Assembly: GCA_963708025.1 (NCBI GenBank)
Contig: CAVPSB010000014.1
Span: 192,001-256,000, forward strand
Direction of reading: 5' to 3'
Length of the DNA: 64,000 bases
Source: an uncultured Candidatus Rokubacteria bacterium
Lineage (GTDB): Bacteria > Methylomirabilota > Methylomirabilia > Rokubacteriales > DASRDR01
The translations under genes were made by a program, and so were the position numbers. Under the pieces are notes generated by a model that did no database searches, had not been told where the DNA came from, and worked only from the letters and a program-made list of their open reading frames with translations. Positions 50,928-60,732 of the stretch are shown here, piece by piece (position 1 is the stretch's first letter; every line of letters starts with the position of its first letter).

Positions 50928-50988
50928 CCTCCGGCTCCCCCCTCCCCCAGTGGGTGGGGGAGGGGGGCTGGGGGGGTAGGAGGGAGGT
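50928..50988 (+). repeat. Family-1 repeat supplying the SD of the ThDP gene
   Basis: CCTCCGGCTCCCCCCTCCCCCAGTGGGTGGGGGAGGGGGG...GGGAGGT; GGAGG 8 nt before ATG 50996. Confidence 0.85.
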
Positions 50989-50995
50989 CCCGATC

Positions 50996-52672
50996 ATGAT
51001 GAGCGCCGGTCGCGCGGTGATCGAGATCCTGAAGGCCGAAGGGGTGCGCCACGTCTTCGGGATCGTGGGCGCGACCTTCCTCGACGTGCTCGACGTCCTC
51101 TACGACGACAAGACGGTCGAGTACGTCAACGTGCGCCACGAGCAGGGCGCCGCGTTCATGGCGGACGGCCTGGCCCGGGTGACCGGCACGCCGGCCGTGT
51201 GCCTGGTGACCAGCGGCCCGGGGGCGACCAACCTCCTCACCGGGATCGCCGCCGCCCACGTGGCGCACTCCCCGGTCGTGGCCATCGCCGGCGGACCGTC
51301 GCTGGCCCACCACGGCCGGGACGCCTTCCAGGACTTCGACCTGGTCGGCATGTTCCAGCCGGTGACCAAGCTGTCCGTCCGGGTGACCCAGCCCGAGCGC
51401 ATCCCCGAGATCCTCCATCACGCGTTGCGCACGGCCATGACGGGACGCAAGGGTCCCGTGTTCGTCGAGATCCCGCGCGACGTCCTGAACGACCAGGTGC
51501 TGGACCTGGAGATCGATCCCCCGGAGCGCTACCGGCCGACGCACGCGCCGCCGCCGCACCCGGAGGCGATCGGCGCCGCGGTGCGCCTCGTGCGGCAGGC
51601 CGAGCGCCCGCTCCTCCTCGTCGGGGGCGGGGTCACCTGGGCCGACGCGGGCGAGCTGGCCGTCCGCCTCGGGGCCCGGGAGGGGCTGCCGACGGTCACC
51701 GCCTACGGGCGCAACGACGCGGTGCCCAACACCGAGCCGCTCTACGTCGGCCCGCTCGGTCGCGCGGGGGCGCCGGAGGCGGCGGCGATCTGCCGGCGTG
51801 CCGACCTGTTGCTGGTCGTGGGGTCACGCCTGGGGCACTTCACGACCTTCTACGACGAGCGCTACGTCCGGCGCGGGACGCCGATCGTCCAGATCGACAT
51901 CGACGCGCGGGACATCGGTCGGATCTACCCGGTCGCCGTCGGCATCCAGGCCGACGCCCGGGAGGCGCTGTCGGCCCTGCTGGCCGCGCTCGACGCGGCG
52001 GGGCCGCCCCCGCCGCGCGAGGCGTGGCGGCGGGAAGGGCAGGAGCACCGCGCCCGCCGCCAGGCCCGCCTCGCCGCCGACGCCGGCCTCGGGACCCGGC
52101 CGATCAAGCCGCAGCGGGTGTACGCGGAGCTGCGGCGGGTCCTGTCGCCGGACACCATCGTCACGCTCGACGCCGGCGCCGCGCCCGCCTACGGCTACGA
52201 CCGCCTTCACTTCACCCAGCCCCGCACCTTCCTCACCCCGCTCGACCTCGGCGGCCTCGGCTTCGCCTTCCCGGCCGCCCTCGGGGCGAAGCTGGGGCGC
52301 CCGGCGGCCCCGGTGCTCGCCATCCACGGCGACGGCGGCTTCCTGATGAACGCCCAGGAGCTGGAGACGGCGGTCCGGCACGGGATCCCGGTGACGGTCC
52401 TCGTGCTGAACAACAACTGCTGGGGTTCGGAGAAGGCCTACCAGAAGCACTTCTACCAGGCGCGGTACGTCGGCGCGGACATCGGCAACCCGCGCTACGA
52501 CCGGTTCGCGGAGCTCTTCGGGGCCAAGGGGTATCACGTGGACCACCCCGACCTGATCGGCGACACCGTCCGCGCCGCCCTCGGGAGCGGGCAGCCGGTC
52601 ATCGTCGAGATCCCCATCGACCCGGACGAGTTCCCCACGCCGGCGACCGAGGCGCGCCGGCGCCGGGACTAG
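50996..52672 (+). CDS. ThDP-dependent enzyme (ALS superfamily, Xsc-like)
   Basis: VRHEQGAAFMADG, TSGPGATN, HGDGGFLM...NNNCWGSEK. Confidence 0.88.
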   Translation: MMSAGRAVIEILKAEGVRHVFGIVGATFLDVLDVLYDDKTVEYVNVRHEQGAAFMADGLARVTGTPAVCLVTSGPGATNLLTGIAAAHVAHSPVVAIAGGPSLAHHGRDAFQDFDLVGMFQPVTKLSVRVTQPERIPEILHHALRTAMTGRKGPVFVEIPRDVLNDQVLDLEIDPPERYRPTHAPPPHPEAIGAAVRLVRQAERPLLLVGGGVTWADAGELAVRLGAREGLPTVTAYGRNDAVPNTEPLYVGPLGRAGAPEAAAICRRADLLLVVGSRLGHFTTFYDERYVRRGTPIVQIDIDARDIGRIYPVAVGIQADAREALSALLAALDAAGPPPPREAWRREGQEHRARRQARLAADAGLGTRPIKPQRVYAELRRVLSPDTIVTLDAGAAPAYGYDRLHFTQPRTFLTPLDLGGLGFAFPAALGAKLGRPAAPVLAIHGDGGFLMNAQELETAVRHGIPVTVLVLNNNCWGSEKAYQKHFYQARYVGADIGNPRYDRFAELFGAKGYHVDHPDLIGDTVRAALGSGQPVIVEIPIDPDEFPTPATEARRRRD

Positions 52673-52676
52673 CGCG

Positions 52677-53683
52677 GTGGCGTCGCCGCCGGGCGGCGCG
52701 CCGGCCCGACCCGTCGTCGTGTTCCTCGACCCCCACGGGGCCGAGATCCGCGCCGCCATCGAGGCGGAGTGCCCGGCCACGGTGACCCTGCGCATGGCCA
52801 CGCCGGCCGATCCGGCCGACCGGCGGCCCCTGGTCGCCGACGCCGCGTTCTTCGTCGGCGGCATCACGCCGATCCCGGCGAGCCTGATCGAGGCGGCCCC
52901 GGGACTCCGGCTCATCCAGAAGTGGGGCATCGGCGTGGACAAGATCGACCTGGCGGCGGCGCGCGCGCGGGGGATCCCGGTGGCCATCACCGCCGGCGCG
53001 AACGCGGTCCCGGTCGCCGAGTTCACGCTGCTGCTCGTGCTGGCCGTCCTGCGCCGCCTGCCGCACCGGGAAGCCCAGCTCCGGGCCGGGGAGTGGCGCG
53101 ACGCCCGCGACGAGCAGCGCGTCCAGGCGCGACAGCTCCGCGGCCGGACGGTGGCGCTGATCGGCCTGGGGGCCATCGGCCGGGAAGTGGCGAAGCGGCT
53201 GCGGGCGTTCGACGCCGAGGTCCGCTACTTCGACGTGCGGCGGCTGGCGGCGGCGGACGAGGCGCGCGCTCGGGGTGCGGTTCCAGGACCTCGACGCGCT
53301 CCTCCCGGAAGCCGACGTCGTCAGCCTCCACGTGCCGCTCACGCCCGCGACGCGCGGCCTCCTCTCCCGGGAGCGGATCGCGCGGCTCAAGCCGCAGGCG
53401 ATCGTGATCAACACGGCCCGGGGGGAGCTGGTGGACGAGGCGGCGCTCGCCGAGGCGCTGGCCGGCGGCCGGCTGGCCGGCGCCGGCATCGACGTGTTCG
53501 GCGCCGAGCCGCCGCCGGCCGACCATCCGTTGCTCGGGCTCAGCCGTGCCGGGTCTCGTCCTCGCGCCCCACCTGGCGGGCTCGGTCTTCGACAACGTCG
53601 CCAGCGTGGCCCGTCACGCGTTCGCGAACATCCAGCGCGTGCTCGACGGTGAGCCCATCCCGGCGCGGGACCTCGTCTCGTGA
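52677..53683 (+). CDS. D-isomer-specific 2-hydroxyacid dehydrogenase, frameshifted
   Basis: GIGVDKID, NAVPVAE, IGLGAIG, SLHVPL, INTARG, GIDVF, PHLAG. Confidence 0.88.
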
Positions 53684-53982
53684 GGCGGATGATCGGCACA
53701 GTCGAATGACTCGCAGGCCTGACGCCGTTCGCGGAGAGGCCTGGTACTCCTCCGCGGTCTCGGTCACGGGCACCTCATTTTCTGCTTGACACAATTTCTG
53801 GCCGAGGGCTCGTGGCAGTCGCGGCCTCGACCGTCAGTCTCGCTTAGCGGGTCCACGCCGGCCCTCACCCCGCGCGCTGCCGGCGCCGGGCCAAAAATCA
53901 CTCCCATTCGCCGATGTGCCGCTGGGCGGCCTCCCAGGGCCGTCGAAATTCGCGTGGTAGGGTGCGAGACAGGAGGCTCGCC

Positions 53983-55326
53983 ATGCACCTTGCCACGACG
54001 CTCGCACCCGCCACTCCTGCGGCCGATCTCGACCGCCTCGGCGACGAGATCGCCACCCTCTCGGCCCACCTCGACGCCGCCATCGCGCGGCTGCTGGAGT
54101 TGATCCGCGAGTTCGACGCGCGAGGCGGCTGGGGGAACGGCTTCCGCTCCTGCGCGGCGTGGCTGAGCTGGCGGGTGGGGCTCGACCTGGGGGCGGCCCG
54201 GGAGCGGGTGCGGGTGGCGCGGGCGCTCGGCGAGCTGCCTCAGTTGGCAGTTGCCCTGGCCCGAGGGGAGTTGTCCTACTCGAAGGTCCGCGCCCTCACG
54301 CGCGTCGCCACCCCGGAGACCGAGGCGCGGCTCCTGGCGGTGGGGCGGGCCGGGACGGCGGCCCACGTGGAGCGGATCGTGCGGGGGTGGCGGCGGGTGG
54401 ACCGGCAGGTGGAAGCCAAGGAGGCAGCGGCGCGCCACCGGGGGCGGTCGCTCCAGGTGTACCCGGACACGGACGGGATGATGGTGGTCCGGGGGCGGCT
54501 GGAGCCGGAGGTGGGGGCGGTGCTGATCCGGGCGCTGGAGGCGGCGCGCGAGGCGCTGTACGCGAAGAGGCGGGCGGCCGCGGTGGGAGGCGCCGAGATG
54601 GACCCACCGACCCAGGGCCAGCAGCAGGCCGACGCCCTGGCGCTGGTGGCGGAGACAGCCCTCGCGCAGGGGCTCGATCCGGGCTCGGGGAGCGAGCGGT
54701 ACCAGGTCGTCGTCCACGTGGACGCCGCCGCGCTGGCCGACCCCGCCCAGCCGGGGCAGTCGGCCCTCGAAGACGGCGTGAACGTTTCTGCAGAAACGTC
54801 CCGGCGCCTGGCGTGTGACGCGACCCGGGTCATCCTGCGCCACGCGGGCGACGGGCAGGTGCTCGACGTGGGGCGGCGGACGCGGACGATTCCGCCGGCA
54901 CTGCGGCGAGCGCTGCAGGCGCGGGACCGGGGGTGCCGGTTCCCGGGCTGCGTCGTGCGCCACGTCCAGGGGCACCACCTCCACCACTGGGCGAACGGCG
55001 GGCCGACCCGGCTGGCCAACCTTGCCCTTCTCTGCTGGCTCCACCACCGCGCCGTCCACGAGGAAGGCTACGGGGTCGCGCGAGACCCGGACGGGACGCT
55101 GGGCTTCAGCACGCCGGACGGCCGGCCGCTCCCCGAGGTCCCGGCGCCGCCGGCAGTGCCGCTCGACCCGACGCAGGCCCTCGTCGCAGCCCATCGGGCG
55201 AACGGCCTCGCGATCGACGCGCGGACGGGGTGCCCGAGCTGGGGCGGCGAGCGCCTGGACCTCGGCTGGGCGATCGGGGTCCTGCACCCCGCGGCCAATC
55301 CACTCGCGTCCCGCTCCCCTGGATAG
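53983..55326 (+). CDS. DUF222 (13E12-repeat-like) HNH endonuclease
   Basis: RERVRVARAL, LSYSKVRAL, RRLACDA, LQARDRGCRFPGC, HHLHHWANGGPTRLANLALLCWLHHRAVH; SD AGGAGG. Confidence 0.9.
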   Translation: MHLATTLAPATPAADLDRLGDEIATLSAHLDAAIARLLELIREFDARGGWGNGFRSCAAWLSWRVGLDLGAARERVRVARALGELPQLAVALARGELSYSKVRALTRVATPETEARLLAVGRAGTAAHVERIVRGWRRVDRQVEAKEAAARHRGRSLQVYPDTDGMMVVRGRLEPEVGAVLIRALEAAREALYAKRRAAAVGGAEMDPPTQGQQQADALALVAETALAQGLDPGSGSERYQVVVHVDAAALADPAQPGQSALEDGVNVSAETSRRLACDATRVILRHAGDGQVLDVGRRTRTIPPALRRALQARDRGCRFPGCVVRHVQGHHLHHWANGGPTRLANLALLCWLHHRAVHEEGYGVARDPDGTLGFSTPDGRPLPEVPAPPAVPLDPTQALVAAHRANGLAIDARTGCPSWGGERLDLGWAIGVLHPAANPLASRSPG

Positions 55327-55330
55327 CCTG

Positions 55331-55369
55331 TTTCCAGACCGGCGCCTTCAACCGCTCGGCCACCCCTCC
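55331..55369 (-). tRNA. 5' half of a tRNA-Ser gene (anticodon GGA as read), truncated after the anticodon loop
   Basis: Minus strand GGAGGGG TG GCCG AGCGGTTGAA GGC G CCGGT CTGGAAA = acceptor 5' strand, Ser-type D-arm, anticodon 5' stem and loop; no T-arm or 3' acceptor follows. Confidence 0.75.
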
Positions 55370-55392
55370 GGTGTCGCGGGCCCCTTCGAGGA

Positions 55393-56382
55393 TCAGTCGA
55401 TCACCTCGGTCGCTTGCACGACGACGGTCGGGGGCAGCGTGAGCCCGAGCGCCCGGGCGGCCTTCCGGTTGACCACGAAGTCGAACTTGCTCGGCCGCTC
55501 GATCGGCAGGTCGCCGGGTTTGGCGCCCCGCAGGAGGCGGTCCACGTACCCTGCCTGCCGGCGCAACAGGTCGAAAATGTTATACCCGTAGGCCATCAAC
55601 GCGCCGGACTCGGCGAACTCCCGCCAGGGCGCCAGAGTGGGGAGGCGGTGGCCCGAGACGAATTCCACGATCCGGCCTCGCCAATCGTAAAGGGAAGCGA
55701 TGTCGTCGACCATCACGGCGTCAGGCCGATCTCGCGTCATCGTGCGGAGCGCGCCCTCGAGCTTCCCACCGCTCTCGGCGTCGAGCGGGACGAGCGTGAT
55801 GCCGAGCGACTTGACGAGCGCCTGGGCCTGCTGGAGCCGCGGCAGCCCGACACTGCCGGAGAGCACGGCCAGCCGGGCCAGGCCGGGCAAGGCTTCCTTG
55901 AGCAGCTGGACCCGCTTGGCGACAAGATCGGGGGTCACGTCGATGTCCAGCCCCGTGACGTTCCCACCTGGTCGCGCCAGGCTCGCGGCCAGGCCACGAC
56001 CTACGGGATCGCTCATGAACATGACGATCGGGATGGTCGTCGTGGCATCTCTCGCCGCCCGGACCATGCGGAGCGAGGCCGTGACCAGCACCTCCGGCTC
56101 CTGGCGGACCACGTCGGCGAACAGGGCAGGGACCTGGTCCCATCTGGCCTCCGCCGACCGGCGCTCGATCACGACCGTCTGGCCGTCGATCCAACCGCGG
56201 TCGCGGAGGGCGTGGACGAACGCCCGCGCATCGAGGGCCACCGGGTCCGGCCCCAGCATCTCCGCCACGGGGGTTGTCGAAAAGACGAGCACGACGCGCG
56301 GCAGCTTCTTCCCGGCCGGCTGGGCTTCCGAGGGCAAGGCGGCTGCCAGGAGGCCAAGGACGAGAAGGCCGACGAGCTTCAT
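55393..56382 (-). CDS. ABC_sub_bind family substrate-binding protein (orphan)
   Basis: Signal peptide, ATTTIPIV, SLARPGGNVTG, GALMAYG, GAKPGDLPIERPSKF. Confidence 0.9.
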   Translation of the reverse strand: MKLVGLLVLGLLAAALPSEAQPAGKKLPRVVLVFSTTPVAEMLGPDPVALDARAFVHALRDRGWIDGQTVVIERRSAEARWDQVPALFADVVRQEPEVLVTASLRMVRAARDATTTIPIVMFMSDPVGRGLAASLARPGGNVTGLDIDVTPDLVAKRVQLLKEALPGLARLAVLSGSVGLPRLQQAQALVKSLGITLVPLDAESGGKLEGALRTMTRDRPDAVMVDDIASLYDWRGRIVEFVSGHRLPTLAPWREFAESGALMAYGYNIFDLLRRQAGYVDRLLRGAKPGDLPIERPSKFDFVVNRKAARALGLTLPPTVVVQATEVID

Positions 56383-56675
56383 GGCTGGTCCGGTGGACCG
56401 GCCGCGCCGGCCCGCGGGAACCGCGCCCGCGGTCATGATCGGGTCCCGCCGGCGTCGCGCCGTTCCACGATCCGGCGAATCCATCTCTCCCTGCTCCTTC
56501 CTGACCGATGGTCCGGAGCCGCGCACTCGCCCGACGGTGGCCTCAACCGTCGCCGGAGCCCGCCGGCATGCCCTCCCGACGGCTCTCCTCCCCGCGCACG
56601 GTTCGACGCTCTCATCGGAAGCGGGGTGCATCGTTCTCGCCTCCGACTGAGAGACGAAGCACCGGCCGTGCCGCG

Positions 56676-56714
56676 CTCTCCCACCCTCTCCCCCGGTGGG
56701 GGAGAAGGTGGGAG
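56676..56714. repeat. Family-2 REP-like palindrome, possible terminator
   Basis: CTCCCACCCTCTCCCCC-GGT-GGGGGAGAAGGTGGGAG. Confidence 0.7.
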
Positions 56715-56737
56715 GAAGAGAAGGCGGGGGCGACGGG

Positions 56738-58320
56738 TCAGCGGGACAGGGTCGCCTCCCGGAGCGCGACGAACGGGCGCGACTGGCTGTTGATGTAGAA
56801 GCCGCCGACCTTGCCGGTCGAGGCCCACAGGAAGGGCTGGGGCTGGACCCGGATGAACGGCACGTCGTCGGCCACGATGTCGGCGATCCGCTTGTAGATC
56901 GCCTTGCGCTTCTCCCGGTTCAGCTCGCCCCGCCCCTGGGTGAGCAGCGCGTCCATGTCCTTGGTGCTGTAGCCGCCGGGGTTGTTCTGGCCCCCGGTGA
57001 AGAGCGCGCTCACCACCAGCCCGTCGGGGTCGGCCTCCCGGAGGAAGATCGTCTGGCCGAGCTGGAACTGCTTGTCCCGGTACACCTGCTGGACCCAGGT
57101 GGCGAACTCGAGCTGGACCAGCTTCACGTTCACGCCGCCCTTCCGGAAGGTCTCCTTGCAGACCTCGGCCACCTTGACGGTGTCGGGCCGGGTGCCGATG
57201 ACCTTCCACTCCAGCTCGATCCCGCTCGGATGGCCGGCCTCGGCCAGGAGCTTCTTGGCGGCGTCGGGGTCGTACTTCGGACAGTTGACGTTCTCGTGGG
57301 CCCAGTGACCGACCGGGAAGGGGTTGCAGCCCTGCTCGGTGGTGCCGACACCGAAGAACACCGTGCGGTTGAGCGCGTCGCGGTCCACCAGCATGGCCAG
57401 CGCCTGGCGGAGCTTCTTGTTGTCGAGCGGCGGGGCGTGCTTGATCAGGATGACGGCGTAGGCCGAGGAGGCCTTCGGCTCGTGGATGGTGATCCCCGGC
57501 GTGGCGCGGAGGTCGCGGAGCGCCTCGAAGGGGACCTCGCTGATGATGTCCATGGTGCCCGTCTTCAGGTTGGCGACCCGGGTCGCCGGCTCGACGGTCG
57601 GGACCCAGCGGATCTCGTCGACCTTCGGCTGCCCGCTCACGTAGAACTTCTCCCACTTCCGCACCAGGAGGTGAGAGTTGGGCACCCGCTCGACGAACCG
57701 GAACGGGCCGGTGCCGACCGGCTCCACGCCGATCTTCTCGACGTTCTCCTTGGCCACGATCATCGCGAAGGCGATGTTGGCCAGGAACGGCGCCGAGGGC
57801 TGCTTGAGGGAGACCTTCACCCGGTAGTCGTCGAGGATCTCGACCCGGTCCAGGTCGAGCAGCAGCGTGTACCACTTGCTCTTGCCGCCCAGGCTCTGGA
57901 TCCGCTCGTAGGAGAACTTGACGTCGTCCGCCTTCATCTCCCGGCCGTTGTGGAAGAGCACGCCCTTGCGGAGCGTGAAGACGTAGGTCTTGGGATCGGG
58001 CTGGGTCCAGGCGGTGGCCAGGTCGGGGATCGGCTGGAAGTCGCGGTCGAGCGCGGTCAGGCTGGAGAAGACGGACTCCCAGGGGCAGTAGTCGTTCCAC
58101 GCCGTGACCAGGTGCGGGTCGAGCTGCTGGATGTCCGTCGCCATGTTGATCTTCAAGGTGCCGCCGCCCTGGGCGGCCGCGGGCCGGGGTCGGCGGCGCC
58201 GACCAGGGCGAGGCCGCCGAGCGCCAGGCCGCCCTGCGCGGTGAGGCGCAGGAGCTGGCGCCGGGTGAGGGGAAGTCCCTGCGATTCCAGGAGGTCGAGG
58301 ATAGGTCGCGTGTCCGACAT
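56738..58320 (-). CDS. Family-5 ABC substrate-binding protein with Tat signal, indel near 58160-58190
   Basis: LTRRQLLR signal in the 58153-58512 frame; body QQLDPHLV, LRKGVLFHNG, GTGPFRFVERVPN. Confidence 0.9.
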
Positions 58321-58343
58321 GGATGGTCCTCCGTTGTTCGGTG

Positions 58344-59228
58344 TCACGGGGTTCGCTCGATGGTGCGGAGCCGGGGGTCGAGCGCCTCGCGGAGCCCGTC
58401 GCCCAGGAAGTTGAGGCCGAGGACGGTGACGAAGATCGCGAGCCCGGGGAAGGTGGCGTACCAGGGGGCCTGCCCCAGGAGGCTGCGGCCGTACGCGAGC
58501 ATCGAGCCCCACGAGGGGTCCGGCGGCTGGACGCCGAGACCGAGGAAGGACAGCGCCGCCTCCACCAGGATGGCGTTGGCCACGCCGAGCGAGCCCTGGA
58601 CGATCAGCGGCGAGAGGCAGTTGGGCAGGATCACGAGCGCGGCCACGTAGAGGCCGCCGGCGCCGAGGGCCCGGGCGGCCTCGACGAACTCCTTCTCGCG
58701 CAGCGAGAGCACGTTGGCCCGGGTGATCCGGGCGAAGGCGGGGATGTAGATGACACCGATCGCGATCATGGCGTTCTGGAGGCTCGGGCCGAGGACCGCC
58801 ATCAGGGCGATGGCCAGCAGGATCGCCGGGAAGGCGAGGAGCGCGTCCATCACGCGCATGATCAGCGAGTCGAGCCGGCCGCCGTAGCAGCCGGCCGCCA
58901 GCCCCAGCGGGACGCCGGTGGCCGCGGCGATCCCGATGGCGATGGCGCCCACCATGAGCGAGACGCGGGCGCCGAAGACGATGCGGCTCAGGATGTCGCG
59001 GCCGAGGTCGTCGGTGCCGAGCGGGTAGCGCGCCGACGGCGGCAGCAGGCTGTCGATGGGGTGGATCTCGTCGGGCCGGTAGGGCGCCACCAGCGGGGCG
59101 AAGACGGCGACCAGTGTCAACAGCACGGTGAGCGCGACCCCGAAGGCGGCGGTCCGGCTCCCGAAGAGCCCGCGCAGGACGCCGGCCAGCCGGCCCCGGC
59201 GCCGGGCGAGGTCAGGAGGCCGTCCCAT
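58344..59228 (-). CDS. Peptide/nickel ABC permease (DppC-type)
   Basis: LGTDDLGRD, EFVEAARALG, EAALSFLGLG. Confidence 0.93.
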   Translation of the reverse strand: MGRPPDLARRRGRLAGVLRGLFGSRTAAFGVALTVLLTLVAVFAPLVAPYRPDEIHPIDSLLPPSARYPLGTDDLGRDILSRIVFGARVSLMVGAIAIGIAAATGVPLGLAAGCYGGRLDSLIMRVMDALLAFPAILLAIALMAVLGPSLQNAMIAIGVIYIPAFARITRANVLSLREKEFVEAARALGAGGLYVAALVILPNCLSPLIVQGSLGVANAILVEAALSFLGLGVQPPDPSWGSMLAYGRSLLGQAPWYATFPGLAIFVTVLGLNFLGDGLREALDPRLRTIERTP

Positions 59229-60166
59229 ACCGGATCCGCGGGTCGAGATAGAGGTAGACCAGGTCCACGACGAAGTTCACGAGGACGAAGCCGGCGGCGA
59301 CGAACAGGACGATCCCCTGGACCACGCCGTAGTCGCGCTGCTGGATCGCGGCCAGCGAGAGCCGGCCGATCCCCGGCCAGCTGAAGACCTGCTCGATGAC
59401 GATGCTGCCGCCGAGGAGGGCGCCGACCTGGAGGCCGAGCACGGTGATGACGGAGAGCAGCGCGTTCTTGAGCGCGTGGCGGCCGATCACGCTCCGCTCG
59501 GGGACGCCCTTGGCCCGCGCGGTCCGCACGTAGTCGAGGGCCAGGACGTCCAGCATGCCCGACCGGAGGAACCGGGTCAGCGGCGCGGCCAGGGCGACGC
59601 CCAGCGTGAGCGCGGGCATGGCGGTGGTCCGGAGCGCGCCGAGGGGATCGGCGGTGACGGAGAGGTAGCCGGACGGCGGCAGCCAGCGCAGCTCGAGCGA
59701 GAAGAGCAGGATCGATCATGATGCCGAGCCAGAAGCTCGGGAGCGAGAGGCCGAGGAGGGCGAAGGTCGTCGTGCCCTGGTCCACCCAGGACCGCGGGCG
59801 GAGCGCCGAGACGATGCCGGCGGGGAAGGCGATCAGCAGGGCGACCAGGAACGAGGCGCCGACGAGCTGGAGGGTGACGGGCAGGGCGCCCAGGATCAGC
59901 CCGAGCGCCGGCTTCTTGCTCACCCAGGAGGTGCCGAAGTTCCCGGCCAGGACGTTCTGGAGCCACTTCACGTACTGGACCGGGATCGGGGCGTCGAGGC
60001 CCATCTCGCGGCGGATCTGGGCCAGCGCCTGGGGCGTCGACTCGGTCCCGAGCATGACCGCGGCCGGATCGCCCGGGATCAGGCGGACGATCGTGAACAC
60101 GATGATGGAGAGAAAGAGGAGGACGACGAAGAGCTGGACGAGCCGCTCGAGGATGTAACGATGCAT
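59212..60166 (-). CDS. Peptide/nickel ABC permease (DppB-type), indel near 59712
   Basis: PGDPA, PSFWLG, YVRTARAKG, HALKNA, LDPRI. Confidence 0.9.
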
Positions 60167-60191
60167 CGATCACCCGCCGACGAGCGCGGTC

Positions 60192-60219
60192 AGTATATCG
60201 GCCGACCGAGTCGTGTCAA
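60192..60219 (-). promoter_or_regulatory. Near-consensus sigma70 promoter for the second ABC cluster
   Basis: TTGACA-N16-TATACT. Confidence 0.7.
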
Positions 60220-60325
60220 GCCGCGCGCCCGACCGGGCGCGGGCCCGGTCCTCGAGTCCGGGCGGTCTCACGTTGCCCGGGCCCGACGATTCGGGCCCCT
60301 ATGAGGCCGCGTGACCGCGCAGTAT

Positions 60326-60354
60326 TTGCCATCACTCTGAGATCAGCATATCCT
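60326..60354 (+). promoter_or_regulatory. Promoter/operator of the DUF2283 TA-like locus
   Basis: TTGCCA-N17-TATCCT with CTGA-GA-TCAG palindrome in the spacer. Confidence 0.55.
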
Positions 60355-60477
60355 ATGGCCGAATTCGAGTTGGACGGACGGATCGAAGAGATGGAGGGCA
60401 GATATCTGCGTGTCGTGCTGCTGCCTGACGGCGAGACCGTACACACTGCGTTCTTCGACCGTTCGTTCGAGCCATGA
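60355..60477 (+). pseudogene. C-terminal remnant of a small toxin-like gene partnering DUF2283
   Basis: DGRIEEMEGRYLRVVLLPDGETVHTAFFDRSFEP*; ATGA overlap with the DUF2283 gene. Confidence 0.6.
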
Positions 60478-60671
60478 AGGTAAAGTACTTCCAGGACACT
60501 GATACTCTCTACATCGAGTTCAAGCCGGACGGTATCGTCGAGACGAAGGATCTCGACGAGAACACCCAGCTCGACCTCGATGCCGAAGGGAACATGTGCG
60601 CTCTCACCATCGAGCACGCTCGACAACGTGCCGACCTTCCGCATTTCTCGTTCGAACAGGTTGGAACATGA
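60474..60671 (+). CDS. DUF2283 family putative antitoxin
   Basis: MKVKYFQDTDTLYIEF...LDLDAEGNMCALTIEHA. Confidence 0.85.
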   Translation: MKVKYFQDTDTLYIEFKPDGIVETKDLDENTQLDLDAEGNMCALTIEHARQRADLPHFSFEQVGT

Positions 60672-60732
60672 CCTCCGGGTCCGGTTGCCAGGGGTCAGGA
60701 CGCCACGTGCTCACCGAGCAGAAGGTAGGGAG

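Noticed and set aside
55260-55330. Possible degenerate variable arm and T-arm completing the tRNA-Ser (minus-strand CGGGG-TGCAGGA-CCCCG)
   Set aside because: The loop lacks TTCRA, the following bases cannot pair with the acceptor strand, and the stretch is the coding end of the HNH gene.
53684-55331. Group I intron with homing endonuclease inside tRNA-Ser
   Set aside because: No recognisable 3' exon or intron core was seen, and the ORF is antisense to the tRNA.
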